A DNA stretch of 62,316 bases from Alloprevotella sp. (GTDB taxonomy: Bacteria > Bacillota > Clostridia > Lachnospirales > Bianqueaceae). The notes beneath the pieces were generated by a model that saw only the letters and a program-made list of their open reading frames with translations, did no database searches and had not been told where the DNA came from. Both the position numbers and the translations under genes were made by a program. This document shows positions 45,943 to 55,155 of this stretch, piece after piece; position 1 is the stretch's first letter; each line of letters opens with the position of its first letter. The DNA lies in the NCBI GenBank assembly GCA_963627615.1, contig CAVGBV010000002.1, positions 1 through 62,316 of the forward strand, written 5' to 3'.

Positions 45943-46764
45943 TTAATAATTCTGGGTCATCAGATACATGCGGCTGATGCTTACAGCCTCTTCGGCGGTT
46001 TGTCCAACCGGGGGACGATCGAGTTCAACAATCAGCCATTCGGCTCCGGCGTCTTCGCTGGCGCGCAGAATTCCGGGCATATCCTGTAGACCGCTGCCCA
46101 GTGCACGGAATTCAAAGGAAGAACGATCCTTGGGGGCGGGCTGAGAAGCGGTGCCGATCAGTTCATATTTGGGCCCCGCATCGGCGCCTTCCATATAATA
46201 GTCCTTCAGGTGTACGATGGGAGCGCGACCGGCATATTTTCTCAGGTAAGCGCAGGGATCCTCGCCGCCCACGCTGACCCAGCAGGTATCCAGCTCCGTC
46301 TGTAAAAGCTCTGCCGGGATCCGTTCATACATCCGGTCAAGAGCGTACTGACCATCGATTTTGGTGAATTCAAAGTCATGATTGTGGTAAAGCAGCTGAA
46401 GCCCTTGACGGCGGCACTCCTCGGCAATGGCCTGAATGCCCTCCAGAGTCTCTTCGTAGAGAGCGTGGCCAGGACGGCGCGCTTCCTCCAGCCAGGGAAT
46501 GGCGATATAAGGGCAGCCGATCTCTTTGTAGGTACGGACGGTCCCGGGAATATCCGCCATCAATTCAGCGTAGGGGACATGTGCGGAGACAGGGATCAGG
46601 TCATAACGGGACATCAGAGTCTTGACCTCTTCCGCGGTATGACCGTACAGTCCGGCAAATTCGATACCGGTGTATCCCATGTTCCGAATTTTTTCCAATG
46701 TACCGGCCAGGTCTGCCGCGGCCAGTTCACGCAGCGAATATAATTGAAGTCCGACAGGAATCAT
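45943..46764 (-). CDS. Sugar phosphate isomerase/epimerase (xylose-isomerase-like TIM barrel)
   Basis: 273 aa. The N-terminal GLQLYSLRE and the HNHDFEF / HLKD metal-site-like blocks are typical of the AP-endonuclease-2/xylose-isomerase-like TIM family. Confidence 0.8.
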   Translation of the reverse strand: MIPVGLQLYSLRELAAADLAGTLEKIRNMGYTGIEFAGLYGHTAEEVKTLMSRYDLIPVSAHVPYAELMADIPGTVRTYKEIGCPYIAIPWLEEARRPGHALYEETLEGIQAIAEECRRQGLQLLYHNHDFEFTKIDGQYALDRMYERIPAELLQTELDTCWVSVGGEDPCAYLRKYAGRAPIVHLKDYYMEGADAGPKYELIGTASQPAPKDRSSFEFRALGSGLQDMPGILRASEDAGAEWLIVELDRPPVGQTAEEAVSISRMYLMTQNY

Positions 46765-46775
46765 TTTGTACCTCC

Positions 46776-48095
46776 TCAGTGATATTCAGGAAGCCAATCT
46801 TTGTGGGCCTCCAATAGTTCGTCGCACATAGCGACAATGTCATCAATCGAGAGCTCGGCTGCCGTATGAGGCTCCAGCATTGCGGCCTGATATACAGTGT
46901 CACGGCTGCGGGTCACGGCTGCCTCAATGGTCAGAAGCTGGCAGTTGATATTGGTCATATTCATCGCGGCAAGCTGCAGAGGCAGGCGGCCGACATGACA
47001 GGGAGTGATGCCGCTGTTGTCCACAAGACAAGGAACTTCGACGCAGGCGTCCTCCGGAAGGTTATCGATAAGATGGGTGTTCAGGACATTGCCGCCGATC
47101 TTATACGGAACGCCTGTTACAATGGCTTCCATGATATGGGACGCATATTCGCGGGAACGCGTATGTGTCACCTGTCCGCCATTCATGATCTCATCCCGTT
47201 CCTTGGCCCAGCGTTCGATCTGGTTGACGCAGCGGCGTGGGTATTCATCCAGAGGAATATTATAGCGGTCGATCAATTCCGGATAATTGCGCTTGATAAA
47301 GAAAGGATTATACTCCGCGTTATGCTCACTGGACTCGGTACAATAGTAGCCCAGACGGCGGATGTATTCATAGCGTACCATATCCGTATGCTTTTCGGTA
47401 TCATTTTTGGCCAGTGCTCTGCGACGGATTTCAGGATACAGATCGTTGCCGTCCTTGTCATAGATGTTGAGCAGCCATGCCATATGATTGATTCCGGCAA
47501 TCAATTCGCTGCGCCCCTCCAGGCGGTCCTCCATACCCAGATCCCGCAGCAGCCGGTCTGAGCAGACCTGTACGCTGTGGCAGAGTCCAACCGTTTTGAC
47601 ATGGGTGTAACGCTGCATATAGCCGCTCAGAATGGCCATAGGATTGGTATAATTCAGAAACCAGGCATTGGGGCAAACGGCCTCCATATCGTTGGCGAAG
47701 TCTTCCATAACGGGAATCGTACGCAGTCCGCGCATAATTCCGCCGATGCCTAACGTATCGGCGATGGTCTGGCGCAGACCGTATTTTTTCGGGATTTCAA
47801 AGTCGGTGATGGTACAGGGATCATATCCGCCGACCTGGATCGCATTGACAACAAAATCCGCTCCGCGCAGCGCTTCACGGCGATTGGGAATACCCAGGTA
47901 GGTTTTGATTACGGCACGTCCCTCATTGCAATTACGGTTTAGAGCAGTGAGCAGCAGTTCTGATTCTTTAAGTCGCTGCTCATCGATGTCGTACAGCGCG
48001 ATCTCTGCCGTTTGCAGAGCTTCTGTACACATACAGTCTCCAAGTACATTTTTGGCAAAAACTGTACTTCCAGCCCCCATAAATGTAATTTTCAT
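46776..48095 (-). CDS. Glycoside hydrolase family 4 (NAD+/Mn2+-dependent alpha-glucosidase/alpha-galactosidase type)
   Basis: Start set at MKITFMGAGSTVFAKN (ATG at 48093-48095, AAAGGAGAG RBS). VGLCHSVQ motif. 439 aa. Confidence 0.85.
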   Translation of the reverse strand: MKITFMGAGSTVFAKNVLGDCMCTEALQTAEIALYDIDEQRLKESELLLTALNRNCNEGRAVIKTYLGIPNRREALRGADFVVNAIQVGGYDPCTITDFEIPKKYGLRQTIADTLGIGGIMRGLRTIPVMEDFANDMEAVCPNAWFLNYTNPMAILSGYMQRYTHVKTVGLCHSVQVCSDRLLRDLGMEDRLEGRSELIAGINHMAWLLNIYDKDGNDLYPEIRRRALAKNDTEKHTDMVRYEYIRRLGYYCTESSEHNAEYNPFFIKRNYPELIDRYNIPLDEYPRRCVNQIERWAKERDEIMNGGQVTHTRSREYASHIMEAIVTGVPYKIGGNVLNTHLIDNLPEDACVEVPCLVDNSGITPCHVGRLPLQLAAMNMTNINCQLLTIEAAVTRSRDTVYQAAMLEPHTAAELSIDDIVAMCDELLEAHKDWLPEYH

Positions 48096-48265
48096 AAAAT
48101 ACTCTCCTTTCGCACTAAGAAAATAGTACAGAACGACAATAGGATTCCTTTGCATCATATCAGATTTTACAAAAAAACGCAAGAGAAAAAGAAGAAAAAT
48201 TGACATGGAGGGCACTGACAGATATTACGAAAGTATTACAAACTGTGTAAAATATTAAAAAGTTG

Positions 48266-48294
48266 TTGACAGATGAGAGGAAAAGTGTTACAGT
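48266..48294 (+). promoter_or_regulatory. SigA-type promoter upstream of the CHAP hydrolase gene
   Basis: TTGACA (48266-48271), 17 nt, TACAGT (48289-48294), preceded by TGT. Confidence 0.45.
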
Positions 48295-48335
48295 ATATCC
48301 GTGCTTTTTTAGAAGCAAAGAAAGGAAGTTTGAGC

Positions 48336-49748
48336 ATGAAGAAGATAGCTAAGGTTGCCGTATCATTTTGCCTAGCGTTTGTATTGCTGGTCGCGAGTCT
48401 TCCCGCGATGGCTGTGCATGCGGAATCCGCGTTTGTTCCAAGGACGGAGACGCCCAGCAGTGACAACCCCTACTATTTCAGTGATTTGAATCTATACTAC
48501 AGATATGGATATGGGATGCCCAACTGCACGGCCTATGCGTATGGCCGTATTTATGAGATTTTAGGACATGAGCCCAACCTGAGCCGGTGGAATGCCGGAC
48601 AGTGGTGGTTCGATAATATCAACTACGGCTGGTATTCTTACGGCAGTGTGCCGAAGGTAGGTTCTGTAGTCTGTTGGGACCGTTGGGACCAGAATACGGG
48701 ACATGTCGCGGTGGTAGAGGCAGTGTACTCCAATGGTACGATTCTGATCTCTGAGTCCGCGTGGGGTGGTACGATGTTCCGTACACGTGTGATGAATGCG
48801 GATGGTTCCGGATATCTGACGGGATACCGTTTCCTGGGATACATTTACGCATCGGAAGAGCTGGGATCCGGCACAGTACAGGAGCCGGACAATACGGAAG
48901 ATTCTGATACCGTAGTAGAGCGGCCGGTGCTTGCGATCGGCAGCCGCGGAAGCTATGTAACGGAGCTGCAGCAGAAGCTGTATGAGCTTGGATATATGAA
49001 TACGGCGCCGGATGGTGCGTTTGGGTCTATGACGTACAGTGCGGTCCGTGTATTTCAGACAGCCAACGGGCTGGTCGCGGACGGAATCGTAGGACCCGCA
49101 AGCTGGGCTAAGCTGCTTAGCAGTGATGTGATCGGAGCAGGCGGCAATGGTATCGGAGAGGATCCGGATGAGCCGAAGGAAGAGCCGGAGGTAAAGCCGA
49201 CAGAGCCTTCGGTACCGGAGGATAACACGACCATCAGCGAGTTTGATCCTGCTTCCATGCCGCTGCTGCGTTGGGGCAGCAGAAACAGCTCGGTTGTTCT
49301 TCTTCAGCAGAAGCTCAATGAGAAGGGATACAATGCCGGAAGCGCCGACGGAATCTTTGGCGGCGGGACATACAACGCGGTTGTTGCCTTCCAGAAAGCC
49401 AATGGCTTGGATGCCGACGGAATCGTGGGATATAACACTTGGAAGGCTTTGGCCGGAAACAGTGTAGAAGCACCGGCAGAGACGCCGGAGGATACAGTCG
49501 AACCGGAACCGGACAATTCTACGGATACGTTCGATCCTGCTTCCATGCCTCTGTTATACATGTGGAAGACAGGCGACAGTGTCAAGCGTCTGCAGGAGCT
49601 GTTGAATGCTAAGGGTTATAATGCAGGAACAGCAGACGGCATCTTCGGAGGAGCAACCTACAATGCGGTCACCGCGTTCCAGAAGGCCAATGGACTTGTC
49701 GCAGATGGTTATGTAGGAACCATGACATGGACTGCACTTGCCAAATAA
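48336..49748 (+). CDS. Secreted CHAP-domain peptidoglycan hydrolase with three PG_binding_1 repeats
   Basis: Signal peptide ..AMAVHA/ES. CHAP Cys (PNCTAYAYGR) and His (TGHVAVVE). Three repeats of the type ..LQQKLNEKGYNAGSADGIFGGGTYNAVVAFQKANGLDADGIVG. Confidence 0.82.
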   Translation: MKKIAKVAVSFCLAFVLLVASLPAMAVHAESAFVPRTETPSSDNPYYFSDLNLYYRYGYGMPNCTAYAYGRIYEILGHEPNLSRWNAGQWWFDNINYGWYSYGSVPKVGSVVCWDRWDQNTGHVAVVEAVYSNGTILISESAWGGTMFRTRVMNADGSGYLTGYRFLGYIYASEELGSGTVQEPDNTEDSDTVVERPVLAIGSRGSYVTELQQKLYELGYMNTAPDGAFGSMTYSAVRVFQTANGLVADGIVGPASWAKLLSSDVIGAGGNGIGEDPDEPKEEPEVKPTEPSVPEDNTTISEFDPASMPLLRWGSRNSSVVLLQQKLNEKGYNAGSADGIFGGGTYNAVVAFQKANGLDADGIVGYNTWKALAGNSVEAPAETPEDTVEPEPDNSTDTFDPASMPLLYMWKTGDSVKRLQELLNAKGYNAGTADGIFGGATYNAVTAFQKANGLVADGYVGTMTWTALAK

Positions 49749-49766
49749 AATATATAGAGGATTATG

Positions 49767-49797
49767 AACCGGAGCCGAAAGTTGGCTCCGGTTTTTT
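49767..49797 (+). terminator. Rho-independent terminator after the CHAP hydrolase gene
   Basis: AACCGGAGCC / GGCTCCGGTT stem followed by a T-run. Confidence 0.78.
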
Positions 49798-50044
49798 GTA
49801 TGGAAAAAACAGCGGCATGTCGGTAGGACGGAGACATTGTCACATGCCGGTATATCCCATAGACAAGCGGAAAACGACGCCTTAAGGCGGCACGGACAAA
49901 AAAGAATATAATAGAAAAAAACGACTTTAAGATGGCAAGATGGTTGGAACCAGGGAAAATCATGTATGATATATGCGGAGTCGAAAATGGCATAAGGGAG
50001 GGATGAGCTTAACGGAGTACTGAGTGGAACAAGATTCTTTGGCA

Positions 50045-50074
50045 GCGGGCGGCTTGCCGCCCGCACACTTTTTT
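50045..50074 (+). terminator. Terminator-like GC hairpin plus T6, about 20 nt upstream of the first Tad gene
   Basis: GCGGGCGG - CTTG - CCGCCCGC (50045-50064), then ACAC, then TTTTTT (50069-74). The RBS GAGAGGAG and ATG 50094 follow directly. Confidence 0.5.
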
Positions 50075-50093
50075 AGAAGGGCAGAGAGGAGAT

Positions 50094-51140
50094 ATGAGAA
50101 TGAACAGGATTCCAGTCCGGATTCGGCTGAGAGATAAGGAATATGAACAAAAGATGGAAGAGTATCTGTCTATGCGGTATGGGGAACGGATAGAGATGGG
50201 AGGCGAAGGCGGCAATGGCGTTGTCATAACCGATCGGCCAGAGGATACAGAAGGCAGCGGAATCCTTCTGAACTTTGATAATGAGAGTTCAGAAGGTATC
50301 AGTGCGTATCAGAGCATGGATGAAATTGCGAGGATGATATTGAAACAAGGGGAGAAGCAGGGGTATGAGCTGACAGAAGACGTGCCGGAAAAACTGGAAG
50401 AGGGAGTGGGGCAATATAGTGAAGAGCAACCTTTTTCAGGGCTTAGAGGTGTTTTTTCTCCGGTCGGAGGCTGCGGTAAAACAACCTTTTCGATTGCGTA
50501 TTGTGAAGCGGCAGCGCAGAAGTATCCGGGAAAAAAGATATTGTACTGGAATGCGGAGGGGGCAGCGGATTGGCAGATGTTTTTTGAAAGCTCATGCCCT
50601 TATACAATGTCGGATTTGATCTATTGCCTGTTGATGAAGGAGGAACATATGCAGGAGTATGTCCGGGAGATTGCGGTGGGTCAGGATAATGGTATCTTTT
50701 TTATCAAGCCCTGTACCTCCTTTCAGGATCTGAACGTGTTGGAGGGGAAGGAATTGAGCCAACTGCTCAGGGTGCTGACAGAGCATTTTGATCTTGTCAT
50801 ATGCGATATGAATACGGCCTTTGAAAATATCAACCGGCAGATTCTCCGCCTGAGCCAGACAAGGTATTACCTTGTCAGCGATATGCCGGGAGGATGGCTG
50901 AAGCTGCAGGACTTTGCCGAGAATCTTCGACGCCAGAATCTGACGGCTGAGTATATGGAAAAAGGAAGTACAGTGGTGTGCATAGGAGAACGCGGAGAAG
51001 AATGGAGGCTTCCGGAGGCATGGAAGGGCGCTGACAGCGTGGTCCTGCCATGGTGCAGCCGATTGTTTTATGAAGAAGGGGGCCGCCTGCATTTGAGGCG
51101 GGACAGTAATTACTATGAACGAATACGGCAGCTTATATGA
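50094..51140 (+). CDS. TadZ/CpaE-like ParA/MinD-fold pilus-localisation protein
   Basis: The C-terminal ParA-like domain has a deviant Walker A VFSPVGGCGKTT lacking the signature Lys. The N-terminal domain is unassigned. Sits immediately upstream of the CpaF-type ATPase and overlaps it. Confidence 0.55.
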   Translation: MRMNRIPVRIRLRDKEYEQKMEEYLSMRYGERIEMGGEGGNGVVITDRPEDTEGSGILLNFDNESSEGISAYQSMDEIARMILKQGEKQGYELTEDVPEKLEEGVGQYSEEQPFSGLRGVFSPVGGCGKTTFSIAYCEAAAQKYPGKKILYWNAEGAADWQMFFESSCPYTMSDLIYCLLMKEEHMQEYVREIAVGQDNGIFFIKPCTSFQDLNVLEGKELSQLLRVLTEHFDLVICDMNTAFENINRQILRLSQTRYYLVSDMPGGWLKLQDFAENLRRQNLTAEYMEKGSTVVCIGERGEEWRLPEAWKGADSVVLPWCSRLFYEEGGRLHLRRDSNYYERIRQLI

Positions 51141-52314
51141 TCCGGCAGAAGAGGGGTATTCGGAGCTTCGAGGAAAGATTCAGAAGAGGCTGGGGATGGA
51201 AAAGGAAGGAAGCGACATACAGGTAAAGCGGCAGATCTATGAGGTGCTCTCTGCGGAAACACGCCGGAAGTATATCCCGGTGCAAAAGAGAGTACAGATG
51301 GGGCGGAGACTTTTTAATTCTCTGCGGAGACTTGATATTTTGCAGCCCATGCTGGAGGATCCGGAGGTTACGGAGATCATGGTCAACGGCCCGGAACATA
51401 TTTATGTCGAGCGCCAGGGGAGATTGTACAGGGCCAGGGCTCGTTTTGAATCCCGACAGAGGTTAGAGGATGTGATTCAACAGATTGTGGGACAGGTCAA
51501 CCGGCGTGTGAATGAGCTAGTACCGATTGTGGATGCCAGGCTGGCAGACGGATCCAGAATCAATGTGATCTTACCGCCGATCGCGTTGAACGGACCGATA
51601 TTGACAATTCGAAAATTCCGTAGTCAGCCGATTACCTTGCAGGAGATGATTCAATGGGGGACGTTGACAGAAGAAGCCTCCGTGTTTTTGAAGAAGCTGG
51701 TACAGAATCGTTATAATCTGTTTGTATGCGGAGGAACCGGCGCAGGCAAGACTACACTGCTGAATGTACTTGGCAATCTGATCCCGGAAGGGGAGAGGAT
51801 TATTACCATCGAGGACGCGGCGGAACTACGGTTGTCAGCACTGGACAATGTGGTAACGCTGGAGGCGCGCAGCGGAGGAATTGACGGTAAAGGGGCGGTG
51901 ACCATACGGGATCTGATCAAAACCAGTCTTCGGGCCAGGCCGGACCGTATTATTGTGGGAGAAGTGCGGGGAGCGGAAGCATTGGATATGCTAAGCGCAA
52001 TGAATACAGGGCATGAAGGGTCTCTGTCTACAGGACATGCGAATTCTACAGAAGATATGCTGTCCAGAATCGAAACCATGGTACTCATGGGAGCGGAACT
52101 TCCGGTGGAGGCGATTCGGCAGCAGATCGCCTCAGCGTTGGATATTTTTATTTATATCAGCCGAAGCGGGGGTGTACGGCGGATTACACAGATTCAACAG
52201 GTTCTGGGAATGGAGGACGGAAAGGTTCGGCTCCAGCCATTGTTTGAAATGCGGGATGGCAAGCTATGCCGTACACCAGAGCCGCTATACCGCAAAAAGG
52301 GAGAGATGCGATGA
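51115..52314 (+). CDS. CpaF/TadA-type type II/IV secretion ATPase
   Basis: Walker A VCGGTGAGKTTLLN, Walker B/Asp box RIIVGEVRGAEA, His box GHEGSLSTGHAN. Confidence 0.9.
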   Translation: MNEYGSLYDPAEEGYSELRGKIQKRLGMEKEGSDIQVKRQIYEVLSAETRRKYIPVQKRVQMGRRLFNSLRRLDILQPMLEDPEVTEIMVNGPEHIYVERQGRLYRARARFESRQRLEDVIQQIVGQVNRRVNELVPIVDARLADGSRINVILPPIALNGPILTIRKFRSQPITLQEMIQWGTLTEEASVFLKKLVQNRYNLFVCGGTGAGKTTLLNVLGNLIPEGERIITIEDAAELRLSALDNVVTLEARSGGIDGKGAVTIRDLIKTSLRARPDRIIVGEVRGAEALDMLSAMNTGHEGSLSTGHANSTEDMLSRIETMVLMGAELPVEAIRQQIASALDIFIYISRSGGVRRITQIQQVLGMEDGKVRLQPLFEMRDGKLCRTPEPLYRKKGEMR

Positions 52315-53048
52315 AGGACTATAGAAAGTACCGGATGAGCGGGAGAGAATGTTTGGCAGCAGCGGGAGCAGGTGGGGGGATAGCGTATGCCGCGGCAGTC
52401 CTTTTCTTTCCCAATCTGCTGCTGAGATGGAGTGCTGTGCTGGCAAGTGGCGGGGCCGCTGTTTACTTCTGGAGAAGATACCGATGTGTGCAGCAACAAA
52501 AGCAACTGCGGTATGAATTCCGAGAATTCCTGGGGATGATGGCTGCTGTTCTACGGGCAGGCAGATCGGTAGAGGGCGCGGTGGCTGCGGTATATGAGGA
52601 TATGGAAGAGGCCGAATCTACATTGATGTATGAAGAAACGCGGGGAATTCTGCATGGTCTGCAGCTTCAGATCCCTGTAGAGAAGTTGTTTCGTGAGTTG
52701 GGAGAACGCAGTGGGCTTTCAGAGATACAGGAGTTTGCGGAGATCTTGTATATCAGTAAACGGAGTCGGGGAGAACTTACAGATGTTATGGAACATACAG
52801 TACAGATACTGGAGGATAAGATGGAGGCCGAAGAGGAACTGCGAGTTGTCTTGGCCAAGAGAAAGATGGAACAAAGGATTTTGACAGGAATGCCATTTGG
52901 CGTGATCGCGATGCTTTTTGTCATGTCTCCGGAGTACCTGGAACCATTATATACATATACAGGAGGGCGCATAGTAATGGTAGCGTGCGCAGGACTTATG
53001 GCAGTCAGCCTGTGGATGGCCGGCAGAATTATGAGGGTGCAGATATAA
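52311..53048 (+). CDS. TadB-like type II secretion system F-domain membrane protein
   Basis: ATGA overlap with the ATPase stop. T2SSF-like block FREFLGMMAAVLRAGRSVEGAV flanked by TM helices. Confidence 0.7.
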   Translation: MKDYRKYRMSGRECLAAAGAGGGIAYAAAVLFFPNLLLRWSAVLASGGAAVYFWRRYRCVQQQKQLRYEFREFLGMMAAVLRAGRSVEGAVAAVYEDMEEAESTLMYEETRGILHGLQLQIPVEKLFRELGERSGLSEIQEFAEILYISKRSRGELTDVMEHTVQILEDKMEAEEELRVVLAKRKMEQRILTGMPFGVIAMLFVMSPEYLEPLYTYTGGRIVMVACAGLMAVSLWMAGRIMRVQI

Positions 53049-54433
53049 TGCTGCGGATGTGGGTACTATTAGTGCTGATCGGGATATGGATCGCTGCATG
53101 CTGTATGAAAGGAAAAGAAACACGAGAAGGAGCGAAAACACAGGTGATGCCGGAGTGGTGGCTGCGGCCGTTTTATCCCGTAGGGAAGCTCTGGATTCGG
53201 GTGTACCGGAGACAACCGGCACAGAATCCGTCATTGATCCGGCAGTTGACGTACTTATATCCGGAAGCGCCGGAAGAGAAGCTGTATCAGGAATATCGCG
53301 CTCGGATGGCGACGCAGGTTTTTACGGGACTTTTGCTGAGCGGCATCCTTTTGGCAGCTGCGGGAGGGACAACGCACTCAGAGGAGATGTATACACTACC
53401 CCGCCCGGCATACGGGAAAAAGGATCAGACACGGACGATGCTTGTATCGGCAGAAGGAGAGGAAGAAATACAGATACGGGTCAAGGTCCCGCAAAAAGAA
53501 GTGGACAGTGAACAGGCGGGAGAGAATATCAAGTCGGCAATCCGCCAACTGGAAGAATACGTACAGGGGATGGAGAAGCTTCAGCTTCCGGCAAAAATAG
53601 GGGATGTGGCAATACAATATGAGGACACGGGTGAGGTTCGGATACGGGAGGATGGGAGCATACGATTGACGGGAGCGGGAAACGGCCCGTTCCGGATAAC
53701 GGCGCTTCTAAGCTGCGGCCAATATCATGCAGCGTATGATTTGGATTTTACAGTGCCGGAGGCGGAAGAGGTTAGCTTTACACAGCAGGTGCAGGAGGCT
53801 CTGCAAGGAGCGGAATTGACAGAAGAGACATTGATCCTGCCGTCATTATTGGGACAGAAGCAGTTGTCCTGGTACCTTCCGGAAAAGCAGTCTGAGGGGC
53901 GAAGCGGTATTCTGCTTGTGGTGCTGCTGCCTGTTATACTGCCAATAGTTCGGCGATTGGAGTTAAGACGGCAGGAAAAGAAGAAAAAAAGGCAAATGGA
54001 GCGGGCCTATCCGTTGATGATTCAAAAGCTGACAGTCTACCTGGGGGCGGGGCTTAGCATACAGAACGCGTGGGATCGCATAACAGAATCCGGCGACAGG
54101 AGGGAGCCGCTGATTATGGAGATGAACGCGACCAGGGTCCAGATGCGCAACGGCATGCCGCAGCAGGAAGCACTACGGCAGTTTGGACGTAGAGTTCAGG
54201 ATCCGCAGCTGCGCAGGCTGGCGAATATGTTATATCGAAACCTCCGAAGGGGTGACGAATTTTTGTTGGAGCGGTTAAAGGAGATGAACAGTGAGGCGTG
54301 GGAGGAACATAAGAAAAGGGTCCGGATCCAGTCGGAAGAAGCGGAAACCAAGCTGCTTGTACCGATGATTCTCATGCTGACAGTCATCCTGATGATCATT
54401 CTTACACCAGCCATGCTGACGATGAATTTGTAA
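53048..54433 (+). CDS. TadC-like T2SSF-domain membrane protein with ~290-aa N-terminal extension
   Basis: TAATG overlap start. N-terminal TM helices plus a soluble region, then the T2SSF block QKLTVYLGAGLSIQNAWDRI and terminal TM helices. Confidence 0.65.
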   Translation: MLRMWVLLVLIGIWIAACCMKGKETREGAKTQVMPEWWLRPFYPVGKLWIRVYRRQPAQNPSLIRQLTYLYPEAPEEKLYQEYRARMATQVFTGLLLSGILLAAAGGTTHSEEMYTLPRPAYGKKDQTRTMLVSAEGEEEIQIRVKVPQKEVDSEQAGENIKSAIRQLEEYVQGMEKLQLPAKIGDVAIQYEDTGEVRIREDGSIRLTGAGNGPFRITALLSCGQYHAAYDLDFTVPEAEEVSFTQQVQEALQGAELTEETLILPSLLGQKQLSWYLPEKQSEGRSGILLVVLLPVILPIVRRLELRRQEKKKKRQMERAYPLMIQKLTVYLGAGLSIQNAWDRITESGDRREPLIMEMNATRVQMRNGMPQQEALRQFGRRVQDPQLRRLANMLYRNLRRGDEFLLERLKEMNSEAWEEHKKRVRIQSEEAETKLLVPMILMLTVILMIILTPAMLTMNL

Positions 54434-54445
54434 GGAGGGAATAAC

Positions 54446-54652
54446 ATGAAGCAAGGAGAGAAAATGACACATCCGCATTGGCTCTGGCAGAGCTACAGGG
54501 CAATGGGCACGATTGAGGTTACGTTGATCATTATTATTCTGATCGCGTTGGTCCTGATGTTCAAAGGGACAATTGTTGATTTTGTCGCGGGGATTTTGGA
54601 TGGAATTGAACTACAGGGCGAGGATTTCGATCCGGCGCAGATTGCAAAGTAA
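54446..54652 (+). CDS. Flp-family type IVb-like prepilin
   Basis: 68 aa. Leader ...SYRAMG / TIEVTLIIIILIALVLMF resembles the Flp G/xxxE-hydrophobic processing motif. AAGGAGGG RBS. Confidence 0.6.
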   Translation: MKQGEKMTHPHWLWQSYRAMGTIEVTLIIIILIALVLMFKGTIVDFVAGILDGIELQGEDFDPAQIAK

Positions 54653-54653
54653 A

Positions 54654-55145
54654 ATGAGAAAAGGCTGTGCGGGTGAAATGGTATTGGAGATGGCGATCTT
54701 ATTCCCGGTGCTGTTTCTATTGTGGATGGGATTATTGTATGTTCTGATTGAAATCGCGGAAAAGGGCATGACAGAGGCGATCTGCAACCAAAGCGTCATG
54801 ATGTGCAGAGAACTGGAGAGAGGAGACATGCAATCTGCGGTGGAAAAACTGGCACAGCAGTATTGTTCCGGCTCCGGACTGCCGATCCGATTTGTCAGGG
54901 CGGAAGTATCGGTGCAGGAGGAGGTGTTTCACACCCGAATTACGGTATCTTTGGAAACGGAGAACCTTCTATGGCGGCACAAGAGTTTTTATACGGCACA
55001 TACAGCATATAGGACTGGAAATGCGGACCTGCGGAATCGGATGGATCTCATCTGGGAGGCAGGAGAAAAGCTGCCGATCGTGGGAGACGTGTTGAGAAAG
55101 TATCAGGAGGAGCTCGCAAGGATTAAGGAACAATTATCGGAGTAG
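54654..55145 (+). CDS. TadE-like pseudopilin
   Basis: The N-terminal GEMVLEMAILFPVLFLL matches the TadE-like motif (x-VE-x-A-x-x-x-P). Starts 1 nt after the flp stop. Confidence 0.6.
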   Translation: MRKGCAGEMVLEMAILFPVLFLLWMGLLYVLIEIAEKGMTEAICNQSVMMCRELERGDMQSAVEKLAQQYCSGSGLPIRFVRAEVSVQEEVFHTRITVSLETENLLWRHKSFYTAHTAYRTGNADLRNRMDLIWEAGEKLPIVGDVLRKYQEELARIKEQLSE

Positions 55146-55155
55146 GAGGAATACG

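Noticed and set aside
49798-50093. c-di-GMP (GEMM-I or type II) riboswitch in the Tad leader.
   Set aside because: I could not find the conserved GEMM-I blocks (CACGCACAGGGCAAACC / GGGACGCAAAGCC-like) or a type-II-like core by eye. Only the terminator-like hairpin is supported; a covariance-model scan is needed.
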